Shown: positions 8,583 to 18,611, counted from the first letter of the stretch. The stretch: 64,000 nucleotides of DNA from an uncultured Candidatus Saccharibacteria bacterium (GCA_964397215.1 CAYNHE010000001.1:5075-69074); one strand, 5' to 3'. The notes: a model not told the origin generated them from the letters alone. Made by a program: numbers and translations.

Positions 8583-10700
8583 TTATGATTTCTTACTAGA
8601 CTTTGTCCCCTTTGTGGACTTTGTTGCGGTTGTTTTGATGCTGCTCTTTGCGGCCGTGCTTTTAGCTGGTTTTTGGGCTTCTGTAGGCTTTTTTGCTGAC
8701 ATTTTATTGGACATTTTGGCACGGTTCGCTTTATTGGTGGTCATGTTAGCCATCTCGATTGTTGCATATTTGCGTGTAGAGAAGCAAGCGGAGAATGAAC
8801 CGGCAAAAATCAGGAGAACCACCATTACGAAACCTTGCGACAGGATGGCTTCAGTGAAGAAATCTTCAAAGATAGTGGCGGCAGCATCCTTAATTAAACC
8901 AGTGTTAGGTACAAAAGCGACGGCGCCGAGTGGATCGAGATAGAGTGAACCAGAATCGAGGATGTCATCTTTCGGAATGACTGGAGGTGTTGGCAAATCC
9001 GGTGTATCTGGAGTGGTCGGGTCGCTTGGTTCGGTTGGATCAGTTGGCTCGTCAGGGATGACTGGAGTATCTGGCTCTGGATTAGGTTCTGGATCTGGGT
9101 CGGGGTTAGGGTCAGGATTAGGATTAGGGTCAGGATCAACTGGGCCGACTGGTGCTTTGTAGGTGACTTGATCATGGTCGTAAGTTACACCAGCTTGTCC
9201 AGCAAGTGAGGTGTAATAACTGATTACGCTCGCCATGTTGCCATCAAGATCCGCGCTTTCGCCAAAATAGCGGAAATAAAGTGTGTCGCCAGTGGTTCCT
9301 GACGGAGCAAGCCGTAGCGGGGTTGATAGTTTGAAACCGTCCATGGTGTTGTCTGGAGCAGAAATTTCTACTGGTTGCCAAGAATCTTTATCTTCTGGAT
9401 TGGCAGTATAGTAGAGCGTGGTAGCAGATAATGGTAAGAAACCCGTGCTAGTATCGCCGGCGTCCGTGGAATCTTCTATATAGGCCGCAATGCGTTCAAT
9501 GTCCAGTGGGTGCTCAGGGTCTCGATTGGTAATACTAGAATTAAAGCCGATGAGGTTGCTATTACTGTCGCCGATGCGCCCCATGTTCTCGGCTTGGAGG
9601 TGACTATCGGCAGAAATTGGCCAATTCATGTTATTAACGGTAATTTTGGTGTTTGAACCATCCGTACTACGTTCGGCGTAGAAGAAATCTAGGTTAACAA
9701 CATCGTCAGGTTTTAGCCCAAAATCGAGATTCTCAGTCGTGACGTTGTGGAAATTATTTCGAATAATGGTATTGTAATTGGTGACACAGGATTGACTGGC
9801 GTAAACATTGTCACGGATGCGCATACACTCAACCCAGTTACCATGACGAATGCTCAAATCATTCACTTTTTCGATGTAGGTAGTCACGGTGCCATCAGTG
9901 TTAATCTTGAACCAACCAGAAATCGGCCCATGCAAACCGCCAATATCGAGGACTAAGCGATTATTAAGAAATACCCAGACATCGTCGTCTCCTGAGAACT
10001 CAAAAAGTTCTTTGCCACTAGCATCGACTTTAATCGAGAAACCAAGGTGTGCGGTGAAGTTAAAATTATGGAGATTCCCTCGCCAGTCCTTAAGTTTAAC
10101 ATCGGCTGCGTCGAGTCCAGCGACGTCATCAATTGGATAAATATCTTGCCCACCATAGGTATAAGTGCCTTTGGACGTGCGGTTAAAAGTTACGGTGCGC
10201 CCATCAACATATTTAGATGAACCTGGTACTTCATGGAACCACCGATAAAAATTATCGGTGGGTTGTACTGGGTCGTGACCAATCACGTTAATGGATAGAG
10301 CGTCATGTAAAGCTTCCCAAGATGAATCATTATCCGAAAAAGCTGGAATTGGTCGCCGGTCGGTACCCAAGTATGGCTTAACCATGCCGGTGAGTACGCC
10401 GTGCGAGCGATATTGATTGCATTTGGTCCATTCGAATTGACGATTAGGATTATCGCAGGCGTCAGCTTTTTGATCCCAATAGGAAATTGGTAGCGTAATG
10501 GAATCTGGCTCGCCGAGTGAGGCGGCTTGCCAAACGGCTGGAATGCCGTTTTCGTTAGCGATGTTTTCGAGCGACATGGCACGAACGACCGAAGAAATAC
10601 CAATAATAGTGAGTAGTAAGAAAGAAACGCAAGTCGTGACACGTGTAATGGCAAAAACTCGGTGTTTCATGATTTTTTGCTTAACCTTTTTTGATACCAT
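8583..10700 (-). CDS. Fibro-slime domain surface protein with Pro/Asp linker, VPNTG motif, C-terminal TM and basic tail
   Basis: HNFNFTAHL, FEFSGDDDVWVFLNNRLVLDIGGLH, LDFFYAER are fibro-slime motifs; PD/PN repeats; VPNTG-hydrophobic-K-rich end. Confidence 0.8.
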   Translation of the reverse strand: MVSKKVKQKIMKHRVFAITRVTTCVSFLLLTIIGISSVVRAMSLENIANENGIPAVWQAASLGEPDSITLPISYWDQKADACDNPNRQFEWTKCNQYRSHGVLTGMVKPYLGTDRRPIPAFSDNDSSWEALHDALSINVIGHDPVQPTDNFYRWFHEVPGSSKYVDGRTVTFNRTSKGTYTYGGQDIYPIDDVAGLDAADVKLKDWRGNLHNFNFTAHLGFSIKVDASGKELFEFSGDDDVWVFLNNRLVLDIGGLHGPISGWFKINTDGTVTTYIEKVNDLSIRHGNWVECMRIRDNVYASQSCVTNYNTIIRNNFHNVTTENLDFGLKPDDVVNLDFFYAERSTDGSNTKITVNNMNWPISADSHLQAENMGRIGDSNSNLIGFNSSITNRDPEHPLDIERIAAYIEDSTDAGDTSTGFLPLSATTLYYTANPEDKDSWQPVEISAPDNTMDGFKLSTPLRLAPSGTTGDTLYFRYFGESADLDGNMASVISYYTSLAGQAGVTYDHDQVTYKAPVGPVDPDPNPNPDPNPDPDPEPNPEPDTPVIPDEPTDPTEPSDPTTPDTPDLPTPPVIPKDDILDSGSLYLDPLGAVAFVPNTGLIKDAAATIFEDFFTEAILSQGFVMVVLLIFAGSFSACFSTRKYATIEMANMTTNKANRAKMSNKMSAKKPTEAQKPAKSTAAKSSIKTTATKSTKGTKSSKKS
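9071..9138 (-). repeat. Degenerate 6-bp coding tandem repeat (Pro-Asp/Asn/Glu linker)
   Basis: Translates DPDPNPNPDPNPDPDPEPNPEPD. Confidence 0.8.
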
Positions 10701-10834
10701 AGATATGCTCCTGTTGCATGCTTATGCATATATAATATATGTTATCGATGTTAAGGTCAAGCAGAATAAAGATATCAAACAAAAATATCTCTCGCAAATA
10801 TATAGCAAGAGATATTTCTAGTGTTTTCAAGTCA

Positions 10835-10911
10835 TGGTGGAGTATACGAGACTCAAACTCGTGACCTCTTCGCTGCCAGCGAAGCGCTCTAATCAACTGA
10901 GCTAATACCCC
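10835..10911 (-). tRNA. tRNA-Ala (GGC), CCA encoded
   Basis: Reverse complement GGGGTATTAGCTCAGTTGATTAGAGCGCTTCGCTGGCAGCGAAGAGGTCACGAGTTTGAGTCTCGTATACTCCACCA folds as a cloverleaf; anticodon GGC, G3-U70 pair. Confidence 0.95.
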
Positions 10912-11050
10912 ATAAGAGAATAATAACACAAGTTGTACTCATGGGCAAGGTTTATTTTCGAACAAAATTTTCTAATTTGTCGGTTTGCTAAGTATTTGAC
11001 TTGCGATTTTTGCGGTGAAAAGATAAAATAAACTTAAGCAGGTACAAAAT

Positions 11051-11794
11051 ATGCAAAGTCAGACTAAAAAGCAGACAAAAAGTATCAGTAAGCAGAAATT
11101 GCACGAAGATAGTGATAGGCAAGTTGAACCTTTTGCACACGGCATGAGCTTTCGCAAAATGTTTTTTATTTTTCTGATTGGCTCGATTATTGGTTCGATC
11201 TACGAAGAAGCGCTTTTTATGATTACTACTTGGTTTGAGACGGGCGCGCCAGAGTTTGCTTTGCGGCGTGGCGTGATTTATGGACCGTTCAACGTGATTT
11301 ATGGTTTTGGCGCGGTAATCATGTGCTTGGTCTTGGTTGCTAAACCGCGTTCTAATCTCAAGATTTTCTTGATGTCAGCGGTGTTGGGCGGTCTGGTGGA
11401 ATATTCCCTTAGCTTAGGTCAAGAATTGGTGACGCATACGGTTTCGTGGAATTATGCTGACAAATTTTTGAACATTGGTGGCCGCACAACTATTCCCTAC
11501 ATGGTGGTTTGGGGTCTTTTGGGGCTGATTTTTGTAAAATATGTCTATCCGTTTTTCTCAGATTTGATTGAAAAAATCCCACCTAAACCAGGTGAAATGA
11601 TTTTTCGGGTGATGCTAGTCTTTATGGTGTTGGACATGGCGATTTCTTGGACGGCGGTAATTCGGCAGACTTTGCGACATAATCATGTGCCACCATTTAC
11701 GCCGATTGGTGAATTCTATGACAATTATTATAATGATGAATTTTTGAAACATTATTATCCTAACATGGAGCATCATGATTTAGAAAATGATTGA
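11051..11794 (+). CDS. Putative ABC transporter permease (CmpB/DUF1113-like) membrane protein
   Basis: GPFNVIYGFG, WNYADKFLNIGGR motifs; paralog at 46015-46704. Confidence 0.75.
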   Translation: MQSQTKKQTKSISKQKLHEDSDRQVEPFAHGMSFRKMFFIFLIGSIIGSIYEEALFMITTWFETGAPEFALRRGVIYGPFNVIYGFGAVIMCLVLVAKPRSNLKIFLMSAVLGGLVEYSLSLGQELVTHTVSWNYADKFLNIGGRTTIPYMVVWGLLGLIFVKYVYPFFSDLIEKIPPKPGEMIFRVMLVFMVLDMAISWTAVIRQTLRHNHVPPFTPIGEFYDNYYNDEFLKHYYPNMEHHDLEND

Positions 11795-13013
11795 GCTAAT
11801 CTTGTGGATTTCATTAGGCCTGGGGGTAGTAGTATTTTTGAGTGGTCTGACACTTTGGGCGATTTCGTATTTTTGCCTAGGGCATGATAATCTGAAACTC
11901 GTAGAGCGCAAAACAGACGATTTGCGTCCGGCAGTGTTAATTCCGGCACGGTTTGAGAGCAATGTAATTGCTGGGATTTTGTCAGATTTGAAAAAGCAAA
12001 GTTTTCCGTTAAAAATGGCGGATGTTTATGTAATCGTCGAATCCGAAGATGACCCTACGGTTGAGATTTGTGAAAAACACGGTGCGAGCTGTATCGTGAG
12101 GCAGAATTTATCAGCTAGAACTGCGCGCAAAGGTTTTGCTTTAGATGAAGCGGTCAAAGCGATTTTGGCCGATCAGAAACATTACGATTTGTATTTTATT
12201 TTTGATGCGGATAATCGAGTGGACGAGCATTTTATCGAAAAGATGATTCTAGCTTATCAAGCTGGCTACCAGATGGCGACTAGTTATCGTAACGCGGCAA
12301 ATGCTGGGGAAAGCGTGGTGGCTACCGCTGCGGCACTGACTTTTTCGATGTTAAACACCGTAGAGAACCGTCGTCGAGTTAAGTTTGGTTGGAATATTGT
12401 TTTTTCTGGTACGGGTTGTTTTGTAGCTGGTGAGTTAGTGGAAAAATGGCATGGCTGGCCATTTCGCTCGCTCACAGAAGATTACGAAATGTCACTTTAT
12501 GCCATACTGCGAGGTGTTAAGACGACTTATTTTGACGAAGCAGAGTTTTTTGATGAGCAGCCGGAGACTTTTCGACAATCTTTTACTCAGCGCCTGCGTT
12601 GGTTAAAAGGCTATTTTTCGGTGCGCAAGAAATATATTCCGCTGATTAAACATAAGAAGAACCATGCTAAAAATCTTGGTAGCGTGCGACGAGAGATTAT
12701 TGGCATGTGGCCATTTATTTTGATTGCGGTTGGCGCGATTTGGAGTGTTATCATGATAATTATTCTTGGAATTGTGCAGATTGGCGTGTGGAAAGCTCTC
12801 TTGATTGTAGCAAGTGTCGTTGGTGTGGTTTATCTAGTAATGATGTTTGTGACGATCAAATTACTTACTCTAGAAAAGTATCAGTTAAATTTCTGGCAGA
12901 AGCTAAAAGTAGCACTATACAACCCAATTTATTTGGTGTCTTACGTTCCCTGTGCGATAGTAGTGATTTTTAAACGCAATATTGCTTGGGATAGAATTAA
13001 GCACGGAGAATAA
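11787..13013 (+). CDS. Glycosyltransferase family 2, processive type
   Basis: LIPARFE, KGFAL, FDAD, LTED, QRLRW motifs; C-terminal TMs. Confidence 0.9.
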   Translation: MIELILWISLGLGVVVFLSGLTLWAISYFCLGHDNLKLVERKTDDLRPAVLIPARFESNVIAGILSDLKKQSFPLKMADVYVIVESEDDPTVEICEKHGASCIVRQNLSARTARKGFALDEAVKAILADQKHYDLYFIFDADNRVDEHFIEKMILAYQAGYQMATSYRNAANAGESVVATAAALTFSMLNTVENRRRVKFGWNIVFSGTGCFVAGELVEKWHGWPFRSLTEDYEMSLYAILRGVKTTYFDEAEFFDEQPETFRQSFTQRLRWLKGYFSVRKKYIPLIKHKKNHAKNLGSVRREIIGMWPFILIAVGAIWSVIMIIILGIVQIGVWKALLIVASVVGVVYLVMMFVTIKLLTLEKYQLNFWQKLKVALYNPIYLVSYVPCAIVVIFKRNIAWDRIKHGE

Positions 13014-13053
13014 TGCTCAAGAGGGTTCTAGACGCCTTGTTTTAGTCTCAGAA

Positions 13054-14238
13054 TCACTCCGTCTCGTTTGGCTTGAAGCCAAATTTCTTCTGTTTCTGTC
13101 CTTCTGCGGTGTCGCAGTAAATATTGAAACGTTGTTCGGATAACTCTAGTGCGAGCGACCAGATGGTCTCGTCGTTATAAACATAGTGCGAATTGCGTAG
13201 AATGCGCCAAATATCGGTGAACTGGAAATTAGGCAGTTGATTTTTTACTAGATAATTGGTCTCGGCAAACCTAATGAATGAATTGGTTTTGAGCGTCTGC
13301 CTGGCTTGGTCTTGAGGGGTGAGTCTAGGACTGAGGCAGTGATTAGTATGAACTGCTAGTTTGCCCAAATGGGTGTGCTGCTCAAGATTAATTTGCTTAG
13401 TTCTGCCACGAGTAGAGCTAATCGGAAGTTTTTCGGTGGTAGTAAGTTCGAGATTTTCGGGGCGGATAATTTCATATGATTTGGCTGCATGCTCGACGAT
13501 GGCGATGTCGCCTTTGGCATCGGCGATGAGGAAATTTTTGGGTTCGGCACAAGGAACTTTGGCAAAAATATTGAGTGCTTGGCGCGTAGTACGACACTTT
13601 TCGGCAATGAGGCGGAGAAAATGCGAGGGACAGAGTCCGTAATTCCACTGTTTAATGTTAGCAAAAGTAATTCCGATGTATAGGCCGTGCTCGTTAACGG
13701 TATCTTCAGTGTACATTTTTCGGTTATTCTTGCTGGTATGTCGATCCCAGACTGCCTCGTCCGAAAAAGCGAAATAGCGGTATGAGCCAGAAAGATCGAA
13801 TTCATATTGTTCGAAGAAATTTCGGGCGTTAGACAACCAATCATAATTGCGGCCGACATAAGTTTTGCCGTTTTCGTTTAAGGCGAAGATAGTACAACCA
13901 TGTTCTCGTGGCTTAACTAATTTATCGCTACTCTCAGCCTTTTTGTCTGTTGAATCGAGACTAGTATCGTCTAAGTTCTTGTGCGTTGCAGCGCGCCTCT
14001 GCCAAGTTTTAACAAAACTGGCCAAATCTTCGTACAACAAGAAACTGGGATCAAGGCCAATCACTTCGGCTGCGGCAGTGCGCTCTATGATGAGTTCTGG
14101 ATAATATTTTTCATAAATTTTAAGTTGAGTCTCAAGTAGCTCTTCGTCAATTTGACGACAAAAATCATGATGAAACTCTCGGAGTCGATTGCCGTAAAAC
14201 TCTCCTAATTCTTTCCTGGTGCCACGAAACTTAATCAT
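13054..14238 (-). CDS. Ntn-hydrolase, peptidase C45-like
   Basis: HGCT nucleophile site, GRNYDW, VNEHGL, HTNH. Confidence 0.75.
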   Translation of the reverse strand: MIKFRGTRKELGEFYGNRLREFHHDFCRQIDEELLETQLKIYEKYYPELIIERTAAAEVIGLDPSFLLYEDLASFVKTWQRRAATHKNLDDTSLDSTDKKAESSDKLVKPREHGCTIFALNENGKTYVGRNYDWLSNARNFFEQYEFDLSGSYRYFAFSDEAVWDRHTSKNNRKMYTEDTVNEHGLYIGITFANIKQWNYGLCPSHFLRLIAEKCRTTRQALNIFAKVPCAEPKNFLIADAKGDIAIVEHAAKSYEIIRPENLELTTTEKLPISSTRGRTKQINLEQHTHLGKLAVHTNHCLSPRLTPQDQARQTLKTNSFIRFAETNYLVKNQLPNFQFTDIWRILRNSHYVYNDETIWSLALELSEQRFNIYCDTAEGQKQKKFGFKPNETE

Positions 14239-14269
14239 AAGTATATTATAGCACAGAAAAGCTGGAGAA

Positions 14270-14599
14270 TTATGCGGTTTTTGCGGTAGCTTTTTCGGCT
14301 TGTTTAGCTTTAAGACCTTCGTAGGTGAGATCGATAATTTCTTTGAGTTTTTCGCTGTTGTCGAGATCTTTAATTAAGTAGAGTTTTTTCTTGGCTTCTG
14401 GATAGGGCTCAATCTTAGGTAAACGATAAGACTTGGTGGCTGGAACTTTTTTAAGTAAGAGCTGTCCGTCATAGAAACCACCAATCAGTAAACCGTCACG
14501 GTAGAGAAGGTATTCGCCCATCATCAGTCTAGTGGTGAACTCGCCGATTTTTGAAACTTTTCCTAAGAGTTCATCGCGCTGTTCTTTTGTGGTTGGCAT
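14270..14599 (-). CDS. TfoX N-terminal domain protein
   Basis: TTRLMMGEYLLYRDGLLIGGFYDGQLLLK pattern. Confidence 0.75.
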   Translation of the reverse strand: MPTTKEQRDELLGKVSKIGEFTTRLMMGEYLLYRDGLLIGGFYDGQLLLKKVPATKSYRLPKIEPYPEAKKKLYLIKDLDNSEKLKEIIDLTYEGLKAKQAEKATAKTA

Positions 14600-14605
14600 T
14601 TAATT

Positions 14606-15220
14606 TTATTCTTTCTGTTGCTTAATATCTGGCAACTTAAATTCATATTTCTGCTTATTTTTCAACCAATCTGGCAAGGGAGTAAACTTAATCTCCGGAG
14701 CAAAATTGATGTCATCATTACTTACATTATAGTACACCTTATAGATTTCGTCAACACTTCCGAAGTGAGCGTCGGCAAAGTCAAAACCCAGTTTCTCCGC
14801 TACGTTTCTAACATTATCAACACTAGTTCCCTCGATTTCGACAAAAGCTGGCAACCACGGCCAGGTGTCGATATCGATTTCGGCTCCATCTAGCGTCCAA
14901 GATTCGCGATAAGTCTCTTGCTGCGCTTTAGGTTTGATGCCCAGAGCGGTAATAAAAGCGACTGCGCGGTCATAGTCGTCGACAATGAGATTAACTTCGT
15001 GCGTGCCATCAATCCTAGAAGCATCGGAAACGTTTTTGTAAGTTACGGTAATATGATCGCCCTCATCGCGTACGCGGGCAAACACATTACGAGCTAAATC
15101 GAAGATGGTTTTCTTCATCTTGAGTTCTGGTCGCACCAGCGTGGCGCCGTTCTCGCGGAGGCGTTTTCGCAAATCCTTTTTGTCGATATTGATAAATTTG
15201 GCTTCTAATTCTAATTCCAT
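14606..15220 (-). CDS. CYTH domain protein
   Basis: ELEAKF (EXEXK), ARVRDEG, DTWP, FVEIEG. Confidence 0.85.
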   Translation of the reverse strand: MELELEAKFINIDKKDLRKRLRENGATLVRPELKMKKTIFDLARNVFARVRDEGDHITVTYKNVSDASRIDGTHEVNLIVDDYDRAVAFITALGIKPKAQQETYRESWTLDGAEIDIDTWPWLPAFVEIEGTSVDNVRNVAEKLGFDFADAHFGSVDEIYKVYYNVSNDDINFAPEIKFTPLPDWLKNKQKYEFKLPDIKQQKE

Positions 15221-15221
15221 C

Positions 15222-15977
15222 TTACTCCTTAATTTTTACGCCAACGGCTGGCTCATTCGGGCAATTCTCTAAAATTTTTGCTATGGCTTGATGCTCGGCT
15301 TCGGTTACCCAGAGACCATACTTATATTTGACTGAAACTTGTCTAGCGACATATTGGCAGCGGAAGGCTTTGTTGGGCGGTAGCCAAGTAGCGGCATCGC
15401 CATCGGATTTTTGCTGGTTAGCACTTGAATCGGCGGCGAGCAAATTTAATGGGTCGGTCGCCATGGCATATCTCGTATCGGCATCCATGTATTGTGCACC
15501 CTTTTGCCAAGCATCAGAGAGGGCTACTACGTGGTCGATTTGAATCTTCTTGCTGAATTCGGCTTTTTCGGAAAAAACTAAGTGCGTTCCAGTGTATGGT
15601 TCGTCGAATTCGCCGGCGACCACGTCGCATTGATTATCTCCTAGCACCGCGCTATCTCCAACTTCACGTTTAATAATGCGTTGTCTAAGACTGCAACCGT
15701 CGATAATCGGCCAACTACCGTAGAATTTATCACGACTATAATCAGTTTTAGGTGCGCGACCTTTAATCTCAAGCAATTTTAAGACTTCCGTTGCTAACGA
15801 ATCGCTGGTTTCAACTCCAGTAGCCTTGATTACAGTGCTGTTACTGGTTGTTTCGGCTTCGGCTGGCGCGTAAAAAGCTTCGTAACTCGCCGGATTGGCG
15901 ATAATAATCCCGATTAATACGACTAATGCGCCAAGCATCCCGATGACTCTTCTGGTGCGAAATTTTGCCTTAGCCAT
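15222..15977 (-). CDS. Membrane-anchored HNH nuclease (DUF1524-like)
   Basis: N-terminal TM; IQIDHVVALSDAW, DPLNLLA, NQQKSD, WLPPN. Confidence 0.8.
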   Translation of the reverse strand: MAKAKFRTRRVIGMLGALVVLIGIIIANPASYEAFYAPAEAETTSNSTVIKATGVETSDSLATEVLKLLEIKGRAPKTDYSRDKFYGSWPIIDGCSLRQRIIKREVGDSAVLGDNQCDVVAGEFDEPYTGTHLVFSEKAEFSKKIQIDHVVALSDAWQKGAQYMDADTRYAMATDPLNLLAADSSANQQKSDGDAATWLPPNKAFRCQYVARQVSVKYKYGLWVTEAEHQAIAKILENCPNEPAVGVKIKE

Positions 15978-16682
15978 TTATTTATTGATCTCCCGGTAAA
16001 TTTCGGCGTGAATTTCTTCGGGGGTCTTCATCTCGGTGCCGCGATTCTTGCCACAGTTGATGAGTTTCCAGTTGCAATGCTTAGCGACGAACATGGCGTT
16101 GTCATAAACCTTTTGCATAAAATCCAAATCGCGTTCATGAATGTCATGTTCAATTCCTTCATTACTGACTCGTGTCACACGCATTTTAGTTACTAATTTG
16201 AGCGGAGCATAGAGAAAAATTACTAAATCAGGTCGGCCAATGCCAAGTTTGTTGTATTCGAAGTCCTCGATATAATCGAGAAAAGCGCGTTTCTCTTTTT
16301 CGTTTTCGATGAGCGCAGACTGGTAGATGAGGCTAGAAGTGGTGTAGCGATCGAGCAAAATTGTCTTGCCTCGATTAAATTCAGCCTTAAGTTTAATCTG
16401 CCAAGTGACTGCGCGGTCGTGTGCGTAGAGGCTATTGATAAAATATGGCGATAAATCTTCTGGTTTACCATACTCGCCGGCTAAATACATTTCGACTGGT
16501 TTCCCTTGGTAGGCGTAATAGGTGGGAAAATGGTGAGTAACGATTTTATGACCATCGTTTTTTAGGTGGGTGCTGAGTAGTTTGAACTGAGTTGTCTTCC
16601 CGATACCGTCGCTAGCGCCTTCAATGACGATTAGACGACCTTGGGATTTTGTTTTTTGCTCCGTCGATGAGGGCTTCTGCAT
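15978..16682 (-). CDS. tmk: Thymidylate kinase
   Basis: IVIEGASDGIGKTTQ P-loop, LLDRYTTS, PDLVIFL. Confidence 0.85.
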   Translation of the reverse strand: MQKPSSTEQKTKSQGRLIVIEGASDGIGKTTQFKLLSTHLKNDGHKIVTHHFPTYYAYQGKPVEMYLAGEYGKPEDLSPYFINSLYAHDRAVTWQIKLKAEFNRGKTILLDRYTTSSLIYQSALIENEKEKRAFLDYIEDFEYNKLGIGRPDLVIFLYAPLKLVTKMRVTRVSNEGIEHDIHERDLDFMQKVYDNAMFVAKHCNWKLINCGKNRGTEMKTPEEIHAEIYREINK

Positions 16683-16806
16683 GTTTACCTCCTGTGCTAT
16701 CTGTAATTATTGTAGCATAAATCGGGCAAGATTTGTTTTTTTTCGCCGGCTTGTGCTATAATGAAAAGTAGATAATTTAACATAAACATTAAAATAAGAT
16801 AACACT

Positions 16807-17886
16807 ATGGTTTTACTTAATATTACACTACTTGTGGTAGGATTTTTCCTACTGATTAAGGGCGCGGATATTTTCGTCGATGGAGCATCTAGCACGGCAT
16901 CGAATTTTCGGGTGCCAAAAATTCTAATTGGTCTCACAATTGTAGCATTTGGTACTAGTGCGCCGGAGTTTGCGGTGTCAGTCTCGGCGTTAGCTAGCGG
17001 TAGTACAGATATGGTCCTTGGTAACGTGATTGGTAGCTGTATTTTGAATATTCTGTTAATTCTTGGCGTGGCAGCGGTAATTATGCCAATCAAAATTAGT
17101 GATGATACAGTGAAAAAGGAGCTGCCGCTTTGTATGTTGATTTCGGTGCTTCTAGTTGTGCTTTTTCTCGATAGAAGTCTGGCTGGTGGCAGCGTGAATG
17201 AAATTACTCGTGAAGACGCCATTGTAATTCTATTATTCTTCTTGGTGTTCATCTATTATCTTGTAACTCTAGCTAGGCGAAACCATAAGCAGGTTAATGC
17301 TTCCAAGTCATCAAAGAAACTTACCAAGGTTAGCAAAACTGCAAAATCGACTAAGTCAGCTAGAGCTAGTAAGGCGGCTCAGGTTGCCCAGAAAACTCCT
17401 TCAATCGCCGCCGAAGAAAAGCCGAAGTTCACGCTTGGTAAATCGCTACTATTTGTATTGCTTGGTCTAGTAGGGATTGTCATTGGTAGTGAATTGGTGG
17501 TAGATAATGCGACTTCAATCGCTGAAACAGTCGGCTGGAGTGAACGCGTAATTGCGTTGACGGTGGTTGCGTTTGGTACATCTCTGCCGGAGTTGGTTAC
17601 GACAATTGTTGCCGCGAGGAAGGGTGAACCAGATCTCGCTGTGGGTAACGTGATTGGCAGTAACGTCTTTAATATTTGTGTAGTACTAGGTATCCCGGTG
17701 GCGATTTTTGGTGCGATTACGCCAGGTAGTTTCGAGACAATTGATCTGGTGATGCTAGTTGCCTCGGCAGTGTTACTGTTTATCTTTGCCAAAACAACAC
17801 GTCGCATTACGCGACTTGAGGGCGTAATGATGCTCCTGCTGTTCGCGACGTATTTAGCTTTCTTGCTGGTGCCAAGTTTTGCCTAG
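16807..17886 (+). CDS. Ca2+/Na+ antiporter (YrbG family)
   Basis: Two alpha repeats GTSAPE and GTSLPE, GNVIGS twice. Confidence 0.92.
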   Translation: MVLLNITLLVVGFFLLIKGADIFVDGASSTASNFRVPKILIGLTIVAFGTSAPEFAVSVSALASGSTDMVLGNVIGSCILNILLILGVAAVIMPIKISDDTVKKELPLCMLISVLLVVLFLDRSLAGGSVNEITREDAIVILLFFLVFIYYLVTLARRNHKQVNASKSSKKLTKVSKTAKSTKSARASKAAQVAQKTPSIAAEEKPKFTLGKSLLFVLLGLVGIVIGSELVVDNATSIAETVGWSERVIALTVVAFGTSLPELVTTIVAARKGEPDLAVGNVIGSNVFNICVVLGIPVAIFGAITPGSFETIDLVMLVASAVLLFIFAKTTRRITRLEGVMMLLLFATYLAFLLVPSFA

Positions 17887-17888
17887 AA

Positions 17889-18611
17889 TTAATCTTCGAG
17901 GATTTCTGCGGTGAGAATTAATCGATGTGTAGCGTCTTGATTAGGCAAATTCTCGCCAGCGCAAGTCATAATGACAAGAGTTGGGGTTTCGCTTGGCGCA
18001 AGTATGTCATACATATTGATTTGGGCTTTTTCGAGAATTTCACGTTTATCAATACGGTATTTTGCACCATCGTAGTCAACAACATCACCTACCTCGGCTC
18101 GATCCAGCTTGCGAAATACGGTCGAAGAATGGCCGATGATGAAAAATTTGTTCTCAGCACTAGCATAACTACCGGCGATATTGGCTGGAGCAATCAGTTC
18201 TTGATTAGTTAATTCTAGCGTGGAAACTGGTGTTTCGAGTCCAATGCTAGGCACTACGAGCGTTGGTAGTCCTTCGGTATTGATTGACGAAGCTGGTTGC
18301 ATACCAATGAATATATAAATTGGCAGCATAACAGCAAAAAATCCGGTAGTAAAAACCCGTATCGCTCTTCTCGACCAACGAAACGGATTAAGATTATGCC
18401 AGTCCCATGTGTGCTTTAGGCTAAAATTACGCTTGTGGCTATTATCCGTATAATCAATGCGAATATTCTCGCCGAATCCACTAAAATAATCCGTTTCGCG
18501 CTGAGTTGTCTCTTTGGCGAGCGCCATCGGTGCCATGATTCTTTCGCACGAAAAATGCATTTTATGTTTAGCAATCCAGTAGAATGGATTGTATTTCCAC
18601 ACTTTACCCAT
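17889..18611 (-). CDS. Sortase-family protein (class F-like)
   Basis: TM anchor, then LVVPSIG, IIGHS (His), LVIMTCAG (Cys) and HRLILTA (Arg) in catalytic-triad order; GGAGG before ATG 18611. Confidence 0.75.
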   Translation of the reverse strand: MGKVWKYNPFYWIAKHKMHFSCERIMAPMALAKETTQRETDYFSGFGENIRIDYTDNSHKRNFSLKHTWDWHNLNPFRWSRRAIRVFTTGFFAVMLPIYIFIGMQPASSINTEGLPTLVVPSIGLETPVSTLELTNQELIAPANIAGSYASAENKFFIIGHSSTVFRKLDRAEVGDVVDYDGAKYRIDKREILEKAQINMYDILAPSETPTLVIMTCAGENLPNQDATHRLILTAEILED

